Shown: positions 1 to 15,194 of the stretch, piece after piece
Position numbering within the stretch: the first letter of the stretch is position 1
Layout: every line of letters starts with the position of its first letter
Origin: Malacoraja senta
Lineage: Eukaryota
Reading direction: 5' to 3'
Assembly (NCBI GenBank): GCA_038087875.1
Contig: CM075988.1
Coordinates: 7,938,001 to 8,002,000, forward strand
DNA length: 64,000 nt
The notes under the pieces: model-generated
The model's input: only the letters and a program-made list of their open reading frames with translations
What the model was told of the DNA's origin: nothing
Database searches by the model: none
Position numbers and translations under genes: made by a program

Positions 1-1199
1 TAAATCTTCAGTGGATGAGGGAGAGAAGGAAATAACTATCACTGTAAATGCCTCACTGGCGTATAGGAGCAAACACAGCAAATCTTGTTATAGTGGTTGT
101 AATATAATGAACGTGGCATTTACTGCTTCTTGTTCTGCACCAATCGTTAAAATTGAACAGGAGCACAGCCCGTGTCTGTGCTCCTGTGGTAACACCTTGC
201 TCTGAGTCAGTAAACTCAGGAGATTGCCACAGGAGTCACAGAGTCTATGTGAGGTTTAGGTGGGATGGTGGAAGAGCAGGTTTCAATGGGGCTAATAAAA
301 CAGTGGAGAAATGAAGCAAGAAGTGGGGAGTGAGTGTCGGAGAATGGAGGATGAAGGCTCCACTGTTATGGAGGGGGGGGGGGGGGTTGCAGGAAGTGTA
401 ACAAAGGCAATCATTGAAGCTGTTGAATGGGGATGGAGAACGGTGTGGGACAAGAGGAGGTAAGCTGCTGAGGGATTTATAACCCAGGCCGAGGATTTTG
501 AATTTAATTCCTTGTGGGAATATGCGACCATTATTTATACCTTTCACATTTTAATGAATGGGCTCATGTCTCTTTTCAATCTTTTCTCTCCATTGAAAAC
601 ACATTTGGTTCTAAGAGTGTTGATAATTTGAGTGTTAAGTCTCAGAATTTCCTTGTCATTTAGCTGAACCTCCTCTGGTACAATGACATTCCTTTTCAAT
701 ATATAATGCACATTATCGGGCCTTCCTACCGCCCCCGGAAGTTTACTGTGTGTAGAGACAAGGAACTGCAGATGATGGTTTACAAGAAAAAAAGACACAG
801 AGTGCTGGAGTAACTCTGCGGGTCAGGCGGCAACGCTGGAGAACATGGATATGGGACATTTCAGTGACATTGCTGTGTGTACCCGAGTCTTCTAGACAAG
901 GCCTGGTTCATTGTTAGGTTAACTGACTCTGGTTGAGTTTGCAATTGGATCTAGTCAGTGTCACTGGACAGGTAACCTACTAGAAAAACAATCTGGAGCA
1001 GATGAGTTGAGATCCCACTATGTTTTGTATTACAAATAGTCACTGGAAACTCAGAATACTCTCAGACCTGCTTCACAACAGCTGACTTCAGTACAACGTG
1101 GCAACATCTTGTCCTGTGTACTCTGATCCTGAGCAGCCTCTCGATCCCCAAAAACCCACTTAATGTTACAATCTCCCCAATGAACACAGAATGAAATCA

Positions 1200-1605
1200 G
1201 GTAGTTAGTTAGTTAATTTAGTTTGGTTTATTGTCTCATGTACCGAGGTATAGTGAAAAACCTTTTGTTTTTGCTATCCAGTCAGCGAAAGATTATACAT
1301 GATTGCAACCAAGCTGTCCACACAGTACAGATATAAGATAAAGGGAATCATGTTAAATGCAAATTGAAGATAGTTTGAAGGTCTCCAATGAAGTAGATGC
1401 TCTCTAGTTGGTGATAGGACAGTTCAGTTGCCTGATAACAGCTGGGAAGAAACTGTCCCTGAATCTGGAGGTGTGCCTTTCCAAACATCTGTACCTCTTG
1501 CCTGATGGGAGAGGGGAGAAGAGGGAGTGACTGGTGTGCGACTGGTCCTTGATTATGCTGGTGGCCTTACCAAGGCACTGTTAAATGTAGACAGAGTCAC
1601 TGGTC
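1200..1605 (-). mobile_element. Rex1/Babar-type LINE 3' end fragment
   Basis: (TTAG)n-like tail, then tttattgtc..tgtaccgagg..cagtgaaaa and cctgataacagctgggaagaaactgtccctgaatctggagg. Same module as 20098-20385 and 57935-58240, and related to the 3' part of the Rex1 ORF copy at 7136-7797. Confidence 0.6.
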
Positions 1606-2007
1606 AGTAGCCAGTGAACAAATGTAACCTAATTACTCCTTGTTTCCCCAGGAGGATTGTGCAGACTGAATATATTCAAGGCAGAATCAATAGATTTTTT
1701 TTACAGTGTACATATATGGGGTTAATGCAGGAAAGTGCTGCAGAGCTTAAAAATCAGCCGTGATCTTATTAACAAGGGGCCCAAAGGCCCACTCTTTTAT
1801 TTTATTACGTTTTCATGTTCTTCTTTGGCATTGAGTCTGATTTAATTCACCTCCATCATTTTATACAGTGGAAATTACTGTGTGTGTGATGTCCTTTAAC
1901 CCGAGGTGGTCATGTTGCACACTGACGACAGCAGGGGTTTATAGAGCAAGGTCATGGCCAATGGCAAGGATAGCCATGATGATCAGAGACTCTGCTGCAG
2001 CAACAGA

Positions 2008-2985
2008 GCACACTCACACACACCTACACACTCACACACACCTACACACTCACTGACTCGCACACGCACACGCACACACACACACCTACACACTCACACA
2101 CACCTACACACTCACTGACACGCACACACACACACACCTACACACTCACACACGCACACACACACACACGCACACCCACCTTCACACTCACTGACATTCA
2201 CAAGCACACGCACACACACACACACTCACACACACCTACACACTCACACACACCTACACACTCACACACACCTACACACTCACTGACACGCACACACACA
2301 CACACCTACACACTCACACACACCTACACACTCACTGACTCGCACAGGCACACACACACACACACCTACACACTCACACACACCTACACACTCACTGACA
2401 CGCACACGTACACACACACACACACACACACGCACACCCACCTTCACACTCACTGACATTCACAAGCACACGCACACACACACACACTCACACACACCTA
2501 CACACTCACACACACCTACACACTCACTGACACGCACACACACACACACACCTACACACTCACACACACCTACACACACCTACACACTCACTGACTTGCA
2601 CACGCACACACACACACACACCTACACACTCATACACACTCACTGACTCGCACACGCACACACACACACACACCTACACACTCACTGACATTCACAAGCA
2701 CACGCACACGCACACCTTCACACTCACTGACATTCACAAGCACACGCACGTGCACACGCACACACACACACACACACACCTACACATTCACTGACACGCA
2801 CACACACATGCACACGCACACACACCTACACACTCACACACACCTACACACGCACACACACACCTACACACTCACAAACACGCACACGCACATGCACTCA
2901 CCTACACGCTCACTGGCACACTCGCGCACACGCACACACTGACATGCACAAACATCCACACACACCTACATGCTCACTGACACGA
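2008..2985. repeat. Degenerate CA-rich minisatellite (CACACCTACACACT / CACTGAC units) with higher-order duplication
   Basis: Recurrent units cacacctacacactcactgac. The block cacccaccttcacactcactgacattcacaagc recurs about 260 bp apart (about 2170 and 2435). Confidence 0.9.
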
Positions 2986-3163
2986 ATGGCCTACTCCTAC
3001 ACCTATTTTCTATGTTCCTATGTTTGTATACACATGCACATAGCATCACGTCCTCAAACATGCTCTCGCATCCATTCACTCATGCACAAACAAAATACAT
3101 GCATGCACACTCACAAATACTCACAAGCACGCAGACACCCACTAAAGCACCTAATATATATTT

Positions 3164-3198
3164 TAAAAAAAAAAAATAAAAAAAAAAAAAAAAAAAAA
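3164..3198. repeat. Poly-A tract abutting the CA array
   Basis: A-run with a single T interruption. Confidence 0.9.
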
Positions 3199-5347
<2,149 letters not shown>

Positions 5348-6639
5348 CAGCTAGACACACTAACCAGAAGCAGGTGTACTCTGGCAACTCACACACAGGC
5401 ACGGTGCACACATTTGTTCTCATTTCCCCTCCATCAACCTTTGGTACTAGTTCCCACCCTCCAGTCTCCTTCCCCTCATCATCATCCCCCCCCCCTCCCC
5501 CCACACCCACTCAGTCCCCTCGCTGTCTTTCTCAGTCCCGCCATCCTCCAAATCCCATTTCTTCTTCACACACTTTCCTTTACTGGAAACTGACCTGCTG
5601 CCCACTCAGCACCAACCTTAGCAGAACTGTCTATCCCTGGGGATGGTATTGGGAACATCCCACCTCGTCTGGGCTTTGGTATACAAGAGTGAGTGAGGAC
5701 GTCCATCCCACAGTGCATGTAGCTTGGATGGCTCAGTGCCCCATCATTCACTGCCACACAACTCAGTCAAGTGCTTCACTTCTACACATTTGGCGAATAC
5801 AGAGAGCAAACACTACAAAAGACTTGCCATTTCTTTTGCTCTGTCACATCTCAGATATGCCCCAGTGTCTTTGCTAACATGGTGTTCGGTTGCTGATATA
5901 TGGTTGATATATGCTTCACCAGGGCCGTGCGTTCCTTTTCATATTCTGACTCTAACTCTCTAGAGTTCAGCCTGAGTTTAAATGTGTAAATCAGTTTTCT
6001 GGGCTTGAAGGGTCTCCTGTAAAGGCAACTTGCATGTTTTCTGAATAGGATAGTGTTGTGATATCTTCTGTGAAGGTCACTACTGAGACTGGACAGTGCA
6101 CTGTTTGTAGTAAACATACCGATGGATTTGTAAGCCAGCAGTCTCTGATGACAATGCACCTTTTGAAAGCTGTCACTTGATGCGATAGGTCACTAACTGT
6201 TGTGTCATTGATTCTAAGCGAGTGAACACATCGACACACTGACTGACAATCCCCCTGCTCCACACTGCAGCAGACACTCACTAAATCAGCAGCTAGACTG
6301 AAGAAGGGTCTCGACCTGAAACGCCACCCATTCCTGTTCTCCGGAGATGCTGCCTGTCCCGCTGAGTTACTCAAGCTTTTTGTGTCTATCTTCAGCAGCG
6401 AGACCAAGTCTGGACTTGATCTGGCTAATAATCAAATTAAATAAAACATTAAAACAGCTGACAGCTAAGTAGCCAAATTAATCGTCATTCATTGTAAGTA
6501 AGATTTATAATATTTGGGCAAACTAATTAACTTAAAAAACCCATTTATTATTAAATGATGATAATAAACTGTGTAATATTCCTCTGTCTGAAGAAGGGTC
6601 CCGACCCCAAAGTTCACCTATCCATGTTCTCCAGGAATG

Positions 6640-8475
6640 CTATTCTCTACTCCCAATTCCTCCGTCTATGCCGCATACTGGAACATTCGCATGTCCTCAT
6701 TCTTTAGGGAACGGCGGTTCCCCTCTCCCATCATAGTTGAGGCCCTCACTCGTGTCTCCTCGGTACCCTGCAGCTCTGCACTTGCTCTCCCTCCCCCTAC
6801 TCGCAACAGAGACAGTCGCCCTAGTCCTTACCTTGCACACCATCAGCCATCGCATACAACACATAATCCTCCAAAATTTCCGCCACCTCCAACGGGATCC
6901 CGCCACTAGCAACATTTTCCCATCTCCACCCCACTCTGCCTTCCGCAGAAACCATTCCCTCAGCAACTCCCAAGTTAATTCATCCCTTCCCACCCAAACC
7001 ACCCCCTCCCAAGGTACCTTCCCCTGCAACCGCAGAAGATGCAACAGCTGTCCTTCCTCGACTCTGTCCACGGACCCCGACAGTCCTTTTAGGTTAGGCA
7101 GAGGTTCAGTTGCTCCTCCTCCAACCTCATCTGCTTTTTATTTTTTTATTTTTTTTATTTGAATATAACTTTAATTGTCATTCAGGTATACACATAGACA
7201 CAGTGCACATTGAACGAAATTTCGTTGCATTGACTCTTCAAAGTAGCAGCAGAATATAACATTTATATCAGGCGATCAGTAAAAGTGCTTAGTGTATAGT
7301 TAAAAAAGGAAAGTTTTTTAAAGTGGCAATGTATAAGAAAGTTCTAGCATCGGTTTGATTGTGAGTTCAATAGTCTTATGGCCTGGGGGATGAAGCTGTT
7401 GCAGAACCTGGTTGTCCCGCTCTTCATGCTGCGGTACCTCCTCCCAGAGTTCAGCAGTGTAAACAGTCCATATTGTGGGTGTGTGGGGGCTCTGGTAATG
7501 CCCTTAGCTCTTGTCAGACAGCGTTTGTAACCAATGTCCATGATGGAAGGAAGAGAAGTCCCAATGATTTTTTCCGCTGTCCTCACCACTCTCTGAAGGC
7601 ACTTCCAGTCCGCAGCTGTACAGCCGCCGCGCCACATAGAGATGCAGCTGGTCATGACTGATTCAATCGTGCTTCTGTAGAATGTGGTGAGGATGGTAGG
7701 GTGGAGGAGGTGTGATCTTCTCATCCTGCGGAGGAAGTACAAACGCTGCTGTGCCCGTTTTACCAGAGATGTGATGTTTGTAGTCCAAGTTAAGGTATTA
7801 CTGTATCCATTGTTCAAGATGTGGACTCTTATACATCGGCGAGACCAAACGCAGACTGGGCGATCGTTTCGCGGAACACCTTCGCTCAGCCCGCGTGAGC
7901 CAACCTGATCTCCCGGTTGCTGGACACTTTGATTCTCCTTCCCATTCCTACACAGGCCTTTCTGTCCTCTGTCTCCTCCATTGTCAGAGTGAGGCTCAAT
8001 GTTATATGGAGGAAAAGCATCTCATATTGCTGCGGAGGGGTTTCGGCCTGAAACGTTGCCTATTTCCTTCGCTCCATAGATGCTGCCTCACCCGCTGAGT
8101 TTCTCCAGCATTTTTGTTTACCTCATATATTGCACTTGGGCAGCTTACAGCCCAGTGGTATAAATATTGATTTCTCTCACTTCAGGTAGCCCCGGCATTC
8201 CCTCTCTCTCTATCCCTCCCCCACCCAAGTCGCATGAGCTTCTCATTTTCACCCTACAAACAGCTTACAATGGCCTGTTTCCTTTATCATTGTTACTATT
8301 TTGCATATCTTTCATTCATTTGTTCTTTATCTTTCCACATCACTGTCTTTTTCTCTCGTTTCCCTTATCCCTAACCGGTCTGAAGAAGGGTCTCGACCCG
8401 AAACATCATCCATTCCTTCTCTCCACAGATGCTGCCTGTCCTGCCAGGTTACTCCAGCTTTTTGTGTCTATCTCC
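6640..8475 (+). mobile_element. Penelope-like element 3' part (RT C-term + GIY-YIG endonuclease + terminal module), decayed and interrupted
   Basis: Peptides LVLTLH..IQHIILQNFRHLQRDPATSNIFPSPP..GTFPCNRRRCNSCP, resuming after 7797 with YIGETKRRLGDRFAEHL. Homologous to 21903-23615. Confidence 0.9.
7136..7797 (-). mobile_element. 5'-truncated Rex1/Babar LINE (ORF C-terminus, DUF1891-type) inserted in the Penelope copy
   Basis: ORF 7344-7817: LTWTTNITSLVKRAQQRLYFLRRMR..FYRSTIESVMTSCISMW..LQRVVRTAEKIIG..SGRRYRS..SFIPQAIRLLN. T-rich tail at 7136-7160. Confidence 0.9.
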
Positions 8476-8498
8476 AGGTGTCTGTTGTGTCTGCCTGA

Positions 8499-8776
8499 CT
8501 TTAGACGTCAGAGATACAGCGTGGAAATAGGCCCTTCAGCCCACCGAATCCATGCTGACCAGCAATCACCCCGTACACGAACACCCATCCCATACACTAG
8601 ATTGTACTGAAGCCAATTAACCTACAAACCTGCACGTCTTTGGAATATGGGAGTGAACCAGCGCACTTGGAGAAAACCCAAAGGGAGAACGTTTAAACTC
8701 TGTACAGACAGCACCCGTAGTCGGGATCTAACCCGGGTCTCTGGCGCTGTAAGGTGGTAGCTCTACCGCTGTGCCA
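8499..8776 (-). mobile_element. tRNA-derived SINE (HE1/V-SINE-like, CR1-type tail)
   Basis: Minus strand reads ggcacagcggtagagctacc..ttacagcgccagagacccgggttagatccc (A/B box-like), then ctgtctgtacagagttt and a tail ending ctgtatct..ctaaa. Further copies near 11680-11855, 24339-24660, 28088-28380, 30057-30375, 40205-40510, 42510-42715, 47870-48190, 52985-53270, 60735-61170 and 63740-63985. Confidence 0.8.
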
Positions 8777-10346
8777 GTGTGCAGCCCCCAAACATTGCGT
8801 CCCTTGTTTTTGTAAACCAGTAAATGCAGATTCTAGTTTCTGTACAAGTACAGTTAAACAATACAATCAGTACAGTATATTCTGTACTGTGATGTTGCCC
8901 CTGTTAGCAGTGGTTCAGAGTAGTTCTGATGTCCAGAATACGATATTGGCTTCAGAGCTGGTCACCACTTTGTTGGAATACCAGGCAGTGGAGACTTTCC
9001 CGAGCAAAAATGTAAGTCCCAAAGTCATTTATCACACTTTAAGAATAGATGTCTGCCTGAGTTAGAGAAGTTTAGACACAGCTTAGAAGCCGCTCAACTC
9101 CACACCATTCCTTCAAGCATCAATCATCATACAGCTTCTCTAACACGGTAACATTTCCCAAGACACGTCACAGCAACAGCACACAAATAAAGTTTGACAC
9201 TCCAGCCGTGGTGAGGTTATGAATGTTGACAGAAAGCTTCAGCACAGTTAGATTTCAAGGAGCATCGTGGAGAGAAAGAAGAGCAGAGAGGAGGACATTC
9301 ATAATCTCAGGCACTACAATATCGAGCTTGACAAACTAATATTGGGGTACGAGCAACATCTGGCCTTGGTGTAAATGTGAACGCGGTGTTCTCCATCAGT
9401 TTGAGATAGTTGTCGTGAGTGACCCTTGTTGCCGTAACATTTACACAGGTCTTGCCAAACCAGACCAGGGGCATCAATGTGGGACAGTCTTCAGCAGTCA
9501 CGTAAATGAGATGATGAGTGGGGATCTGTGGGGAGAGTGTAGATGGAAGTGGGGCAGGAGTGCTCAAGGTAAATAGGGAGAATAGGGCTCAGGCAAGTGA
9601 GGTCTCTGGTGAGGTTTGGTATCAACATGCCCATTCTTCACATGGCTAGAGGCAACAACACCACATCTGGCCAAGGAGTGACACCGACAATGCCTGTGGG
9701 TGAAACACAGCCACAAGAGCAATGTTCATGTGTGGGTTTGATTCGTACGGGTGTCAGGGGTGAGTACGGTTTGATTCGATTAGTACGGGTGTCTGGGTTA
9801 TGGGGAGAAGGCAGGAGAATGGGGTTAGGAGGGAGACATAGATCAGCCAGGATTGACTTGATGGGCTGAATGGCATAAATTCTGCTCCTGTCCATTAAAG
9901 GATGACCTGCTGGTCGGCTCCTCCCATCCCAACTCCCTCCCCTATTATTCAGGAATAATTTTATTCTAATCATGGTCTCTAAACTTTCCTCAGACAATGA
10001 TACCGAGCCACATTGATGATCATTGATGTAGTCTCTGTTGTTACTCCGTGGGGAAAAAAGTAAGTGTTTGCTATTTTAAAGAGGCATTTCCATATTAAAT
10101 TTGCTAAAAACACAGAACAAAGTTAGAACTCTTGCATTTTGATAATAGCGATTCTGAAAGAGATTTGGTAAAAAAAATGATATGTATCAGTGGGGGAAGT
10201 ACAAATCTCAATGGCTTTCATTGTCAAGGGAGCTACCTGGGTTTCTGTCATGGCTGATGGATGTCATAGCTCAACAGCTCCAAAAAAGCGATGGGAAGAT
10301 TCAGTCAAAGTTCCTCGTGGTTACAGTAGCTTGTGATGCTTCAGAA

Positions 10347-10915
10347 ACACTGTTATAAGATCATAAGATCATGTGATAGGAGTAGAATTAGGCCATTCGG
10401 CCCATCAAGTCCACTCCTCCATTCAATCATGGCTGATCTATCTCTCCCTCTTAACCCTATTCTCCTGCCTTCTCCCCACAACCATTGACACCCAAAGAGG
10501 CCTGACATCTGAAGAAGGGTCTCGACCCGAAAAGTCACCCACTCCTTCTCTCCAGAGATGCTGCCTGTCCCGCTGAGTTACTCCAGCATTTGATTTAAAC
10601 CAGCATCTGCAGTTCTTTCCTACTCCTCTGACACCTGTACTAATCAAGAATCTGTCTATCTCTGCCTTAGCGATATACACTGACGGCCTCCACAGCCTTC
10701 TGTGGCAAAGAATTCCACAGATTCACCACCCTCTGACTAAAGAAATTCCTCCTCATCTCCTTCCTAAAAGAACGTCCTTTAATTCTGAGACTATGACCTC
10801 TCGTCTCCCACCAGTGGAAACATCCTCTCCACATCCATTCTATCCAAGTCTTTCACTATTCTGTATGTTTCAATGAGGTCCCCCCTCATTCTTCTAAACT
10901 CCAGTGAATCAAACG
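10347..10915 (-). mobile_element. CR1-family LINE 3' end fragment with a Penelope terminal module inserted (about 10500-10625)
   Basis: ttcaccaccctctgactaaagaaattcctcctcatctcc and tccagtgaatc motifs typical of CR1 ORF2 end and 3' UTR, plus a short-repeat tail (ataagatc). Confidence 0.8.
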
Positions 10916-12486
10916 CTCATCATATTTTGTCATATCACCGAGTAAGAAATGTTATAGCTGCCTCACGAGATCATAATCTCAGTCTGCTGTTTCTTAGAAC
11001 TTATGTTTATACTTGGTTGGGACTTACTGTCAGATCACCAACCTTGTATTTCAACAAGGAGCAAGCGGAAGGCAGGGTCACAACAAGCCCCAGATGAAGA
11101 TGCTGAACCTATGTCGAACTGATGTATCCTGAAGATGCCAGGATTCAACAGGACAAACTAACTCAGTCCAGTCCCGTGGTTTCAGGCGGAACATACAAAC
11201 TCCATGTAGACAGCACTGGCAGGGCAAGGCTGATCCTGGGATGGCTTGAAATATGAGTCAGTGGCTCTGTGTTTTTTTTAGTTTAGTTTTAGAAATACAG
11301 CGCGGAAACAGGCCCTTCAGGCTACCAAGTCCGCACCGACCAGCATTCCCCGTAGAGGTTTGACGTCTGAACACTGACTTGCCATGCAGGTAGCAAGTAA
11401 TTAGGAAGTCTAATAGACTTTTGGGCTATTGTTGCAAAAGTAATGGAGTGGAAAGGTAAGAAAATGTTGATGCAAGTTTATAGAGTGTTAGAGTTCTGAT
11501 TTTCATTTAGATTTTTATGTTTAACAAATAATATACTTGCAATGGATATAAAGCCGTCAGGGTTCACGAAGTTCATTCCTGGGACCTCGTGTAACCAGGT
11601 GTTCCATACACCCACAACCCTTTGTGTAAATAAATTACCCCTCTGGTTCCAATTAAATCTTTCCCGCCTCACCTTAAACCCACAAACCTGTATGCCATTG
11701 GCGTGTAGGGAGGAAACCGGAGCACCTGGAGAAAACCCATGCAGGTCAAAGGAAGAATGTACAAACTCCGTACAGACAGCACCCATAGTCAGGATCGAAC
11801 CCGGATCTCTAGCGCTATAAGGCAGCAACTCTTCTGCTGCGCCACCGTGCCGCCCTTCATTTTTTATTTTTTTTATTTTAATATTCACTTATAGTGTTTA
11901 ATGGAACTAGATATCCTGAAAGCAAACTCCAATCTTAATGAAAGAGGAATATAAAATCGTTTTTTAATTAAAATATAAATCTGGGGGGAAAAAAAAGTTA
12001 GTTCTGCCTCAAAGAGACTTCTGTGTTTTGCATTTAATCCTGTCGGAATGGATCCTTGATTTACACAAATGTGTCACTATCCAGTCTGTGAGAGACAGCT
12101 GTACAGAGAGAAGTTTGACCCTGAGAGGAGTTTGGCTTGTGGCTGAAGTTCCAAACACCAGTCATTTACTTAGCGATGAATCCTGCCTGCAGAGACCATA
12201 TCACGGCACACACCCAGTGAGTTAAGCATTTTGCTGCACGCCACAGCTTGGGATTTTTATGCATCATAGAGCCCAAATAGAGGAATAAGATTAATCTACT
12301 GAGAACTCAACAGAGCAACAATAACGAGGGAAAGCGGGTGTGAGATATTTAAAAAAATATATTTAAGGAGAGGACAAGAATGTTTCAATGAGGAGAGGAA
12401 AAAAAGAGAAGAAAGTTAAATTAAGAAAAGAAAAAAGAAAACTTATGCCTTGAAAATCAAATTCCAACTATTTCCAGAGTACATCA

Positions 12487-12846
12487 GGTTAGAGGTGTAC
12501 AAAATCACGAGAGAAATAGATCAGGTAAATGCACAAAGCCTTTTGCCCAGAGCTGGGGAATCGAGAACCAGATGGCATAGGTTTAAGGTGAGGGGGGAAA
12601 GATTTAATAGGAACCAGAGGGGTAATTTTTTTTACACAAAGGGTTGTAGGTGTGTGGAAGGAGCTGCCGGAGGAGGTAGTTGAGGCAGGTACTATTGCAA
12701 CATTTAAGAAGCATTTAGAAAGGTACATGGGTGGGATAGGTTTTGAGGGATATGGGCCAAAACCAGGCAGGTGGGACTAGTGTCGCTGGTCGGCATGGAC
12801 AAGTTGGGCTGAAGGGCATGTTTCCACTCTGTATGACTCTATGACT
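12487..12846 (+). mobile_element. CR1-family LINE 3' end fragment
   Basis: Peptide LEVYKITREIDQVNAQSLLPRAGESRTR..FKVRGERFNRN and (atgactct)n tail. Confidence 0.85.
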
Positions 12847-13095
12847 TTCCACGGTAGGTGTAGCCCCAGGGCCAAATCCAATCCCTAACAAATTGACCAC
12901 AATGTTAGTTAAAGTGTCACGTCAATGTTCTCACGTCAAAAAGCCTGGTTTGCAGTGGAAGAAGCAATACTGAGAATGAACATCCGTCCTTATCAGTACA
13001 ATCCCCTGGGCTACAGAGGCATGTAGGGAGGAGGGAGGCTGCTGGTAAGAGGACCTTTGCCCCCACCCTCAGGGTTAGTGATCCACTAAGAGTTA

Positions 13096-13733
13096 AGGGC
13101 CTGTCCCATTTGACCGTCATTTACACGACAGGCCGGTAGTGACTGACGCGCGACCGTCGCGCATGCCATCATGCATCCGCACAGCCATCTGGAGCGCGTG
13201 ACGGAATTTGAAGATAGACACAAAATGCAGGAGTAACTCAGCGGGACCGGCAGCATCGCTGGAGGGAGGGAATGGATGATGTTTCGGGTCAAGATTCTTC
13301 TTCAGTCTGAAGAAGGGTCTCGACCCAAAACGTCACCCATTGCTTCTCTCCAGAGATGCTACCGGTCCCGCTGAGTTACTCCTGCATTTTGTGTCCATCT
13401 CCAAACGTCTTGGCCCCGCTCTGGGAGTAGGAGTGGGGGCGGATCCGGATCCGCGACGGCCGTGAGCCCCAGGCCGAGCTCGGCGATCGTTTGCCTGCTT
13501 CTGCTGCTGTTGGAGGTGAGACGTTGCGCCGCGCCAGGGTCTTGGGCCTGTCCCACTTTGGCCGTCAGTTACGCGACAGGCCGGTGGCGCACAAAGATTT
13601 CGTGCAGGACGAAGTCCACACTCCACCACGCCACTCCATGCGCCCATGCTACCCACCCGCTACCCACACGCTACCCACACGCTAGCAGGTCACGCAAATG
13701 GCGTGCGAATGACGGCCAAGTGGGACAGGCCTT
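13096..13733. mobile_element. PIF/Harbinger-type MITE containing an inserted fold-back Penelope module
   Basis: TIRs agggcctgtcccatttgaccgtcatt / aatgacggccaagtgggacaggcctt. TTA on both flanks (13093-95 and 13734-36). An extra internal copy of the left end lies at about 13543-13587. Confidence 0.8.
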
Positions 13734-14873
13734 TTATGGTCCACATCCTGTCCTGTACTTTATTACCACTGCGGTGTTCATCGTAGCACCAAGTAGTTTC
13801 TTCCCATTAGGTGCATTCTCCAAAAAGTACCAGTTTGAGCACATTGAGCAAGTAGGGGCTTGAAAGGCTAGATGCAGACAAGATGTTTCCTCTGGCAGAA
13901 ATATCTAGGACAAGGGGGCAGAGTGTAAGATAAAGGGGTGAGCCATTTAGATGAGGAGACATTTCTGCTCTGCTCCAGTGGACTGAAGAGACACAGTGAA
14001 TTGTTCATTCAAAATGGAGAGCGCTAGGTTTCTGGCAGTAAGGGAATGAGACATGCAAGCGTGTAGGAAAGTGGTGTCGAGGTAAAGAAACAACTATCAT
14101 CTTGAAAGACAAAGTAGGCTTGAAGGGCCATTTGGCCTACTCCTGCTCCTATTTCTCGTGGAGAAACTAGGAACTGCTGATGCTGGCTTACCAAAAAAAA
14201 AAGGATATAAAGTACTGGAACATCTCAGCCAGTCAGGCAGCATCACTGGAAAACATGGATGGACAACGTTTTAGGTCAGGACGCCCGAAATGTAACTTAC
14301 AAATGTTCTGCAGAGATGCTGCCTGACCTGCCGAGTTACTCCAAAAATTTCTGGGCTTTCCCCCCCCCTTATTTTAAATGTTTTGTTGAGCACTTTGGAA
14401 GTTTAGTAAGCTCTCCCCAGTGAGCATTGGAGTTGCCTTTTGAAATATTTCAACACAGCAGAGTTGTTGCTCTGAAGCCAGAACCATAGTCCTGGACCTC
14501 TAGAGACCATTACAGGATGGTCGCAGAGCGGAGTGTGGCTGGAATTTGAGTCTCATGATTATTGACGTTACTGAATCAGCCAAGCTGCCATGAGTCACTG
14601 TTGGAAGTGCACAGTCCACTTTTGCAATTGTCACAATATTATAGAATAGTAAGATTAAACGAGAACTTACCAGTTTGAAGTTTGATCTTTATTTTATGAG
14701 GAGTTACGTTGGTGATTACGTGAAGAACCCCGTCAGGGCGCATGCGCGTCAATCTTCAAAGCAGCGGTATGAAATCACAGACAAAACCATAATTGAAGTA
14801 ACATATTAAGATGATCAACATGAGAACTACCATTATGACCTTTTTTCTATGAGAGAGGGTTGGGCGTGGCGGG

Positions 14874-14985
14874 CACGTAATCACCAACGTAACTCCTCAT
14901 AAAATAAAGATCAAACTTCAAACTGGTAAGTTCTCGTTTAATCTTACTATTTTACTTCGGAGTCACGTGAGTGACTACGTGAAGA
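14874..14985. repeat. DIRS internal complementary region (ICR)
   Basis: 14874-14950 is the reverse complement of 14646-14722. 14949-14985 is the reverse complement of 19426-19462. The two halves join at ctATTtt. Confidence 0.95.
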
Positions 14986-15194
14986 TTTTAAAGCTCTGTG
15001 ATTTTTATGCCGCAGATCAAAATCCCGGCTTCTCACTGCATCGATTGACTGAGTATCATCAATAATGCTGTAAACATGACATTGCATATCATGCAAAAAC
15101 AAAACAGTTTTATTTTTGGTCATAAAACAACCAATAAACCCTCTTAATGTAGGGCAACAAACGAAACAGAATGAAACAGTATTGAAAACAGACT

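Noticed and set aside
245..540. Purine-rich segment with minus-strand ORFs (also 9290-9640)
   Set aside because: Looks like highly decayed L2-type LINE remnants; too degenerate to call confidently and not coding.
8700..8776. tRNA-like A/B boxes as tRNA genes (here and in other SINE heads)
   Set aside because: They are heads of multi-copy SINEs with LINE-derived tails, not full cloverleafs.
14646..14950. Long hairpin as a miRNA precursor or MITE
   Set aside because: Fully explained by the DIRS terminal extension pairing with the ICR.
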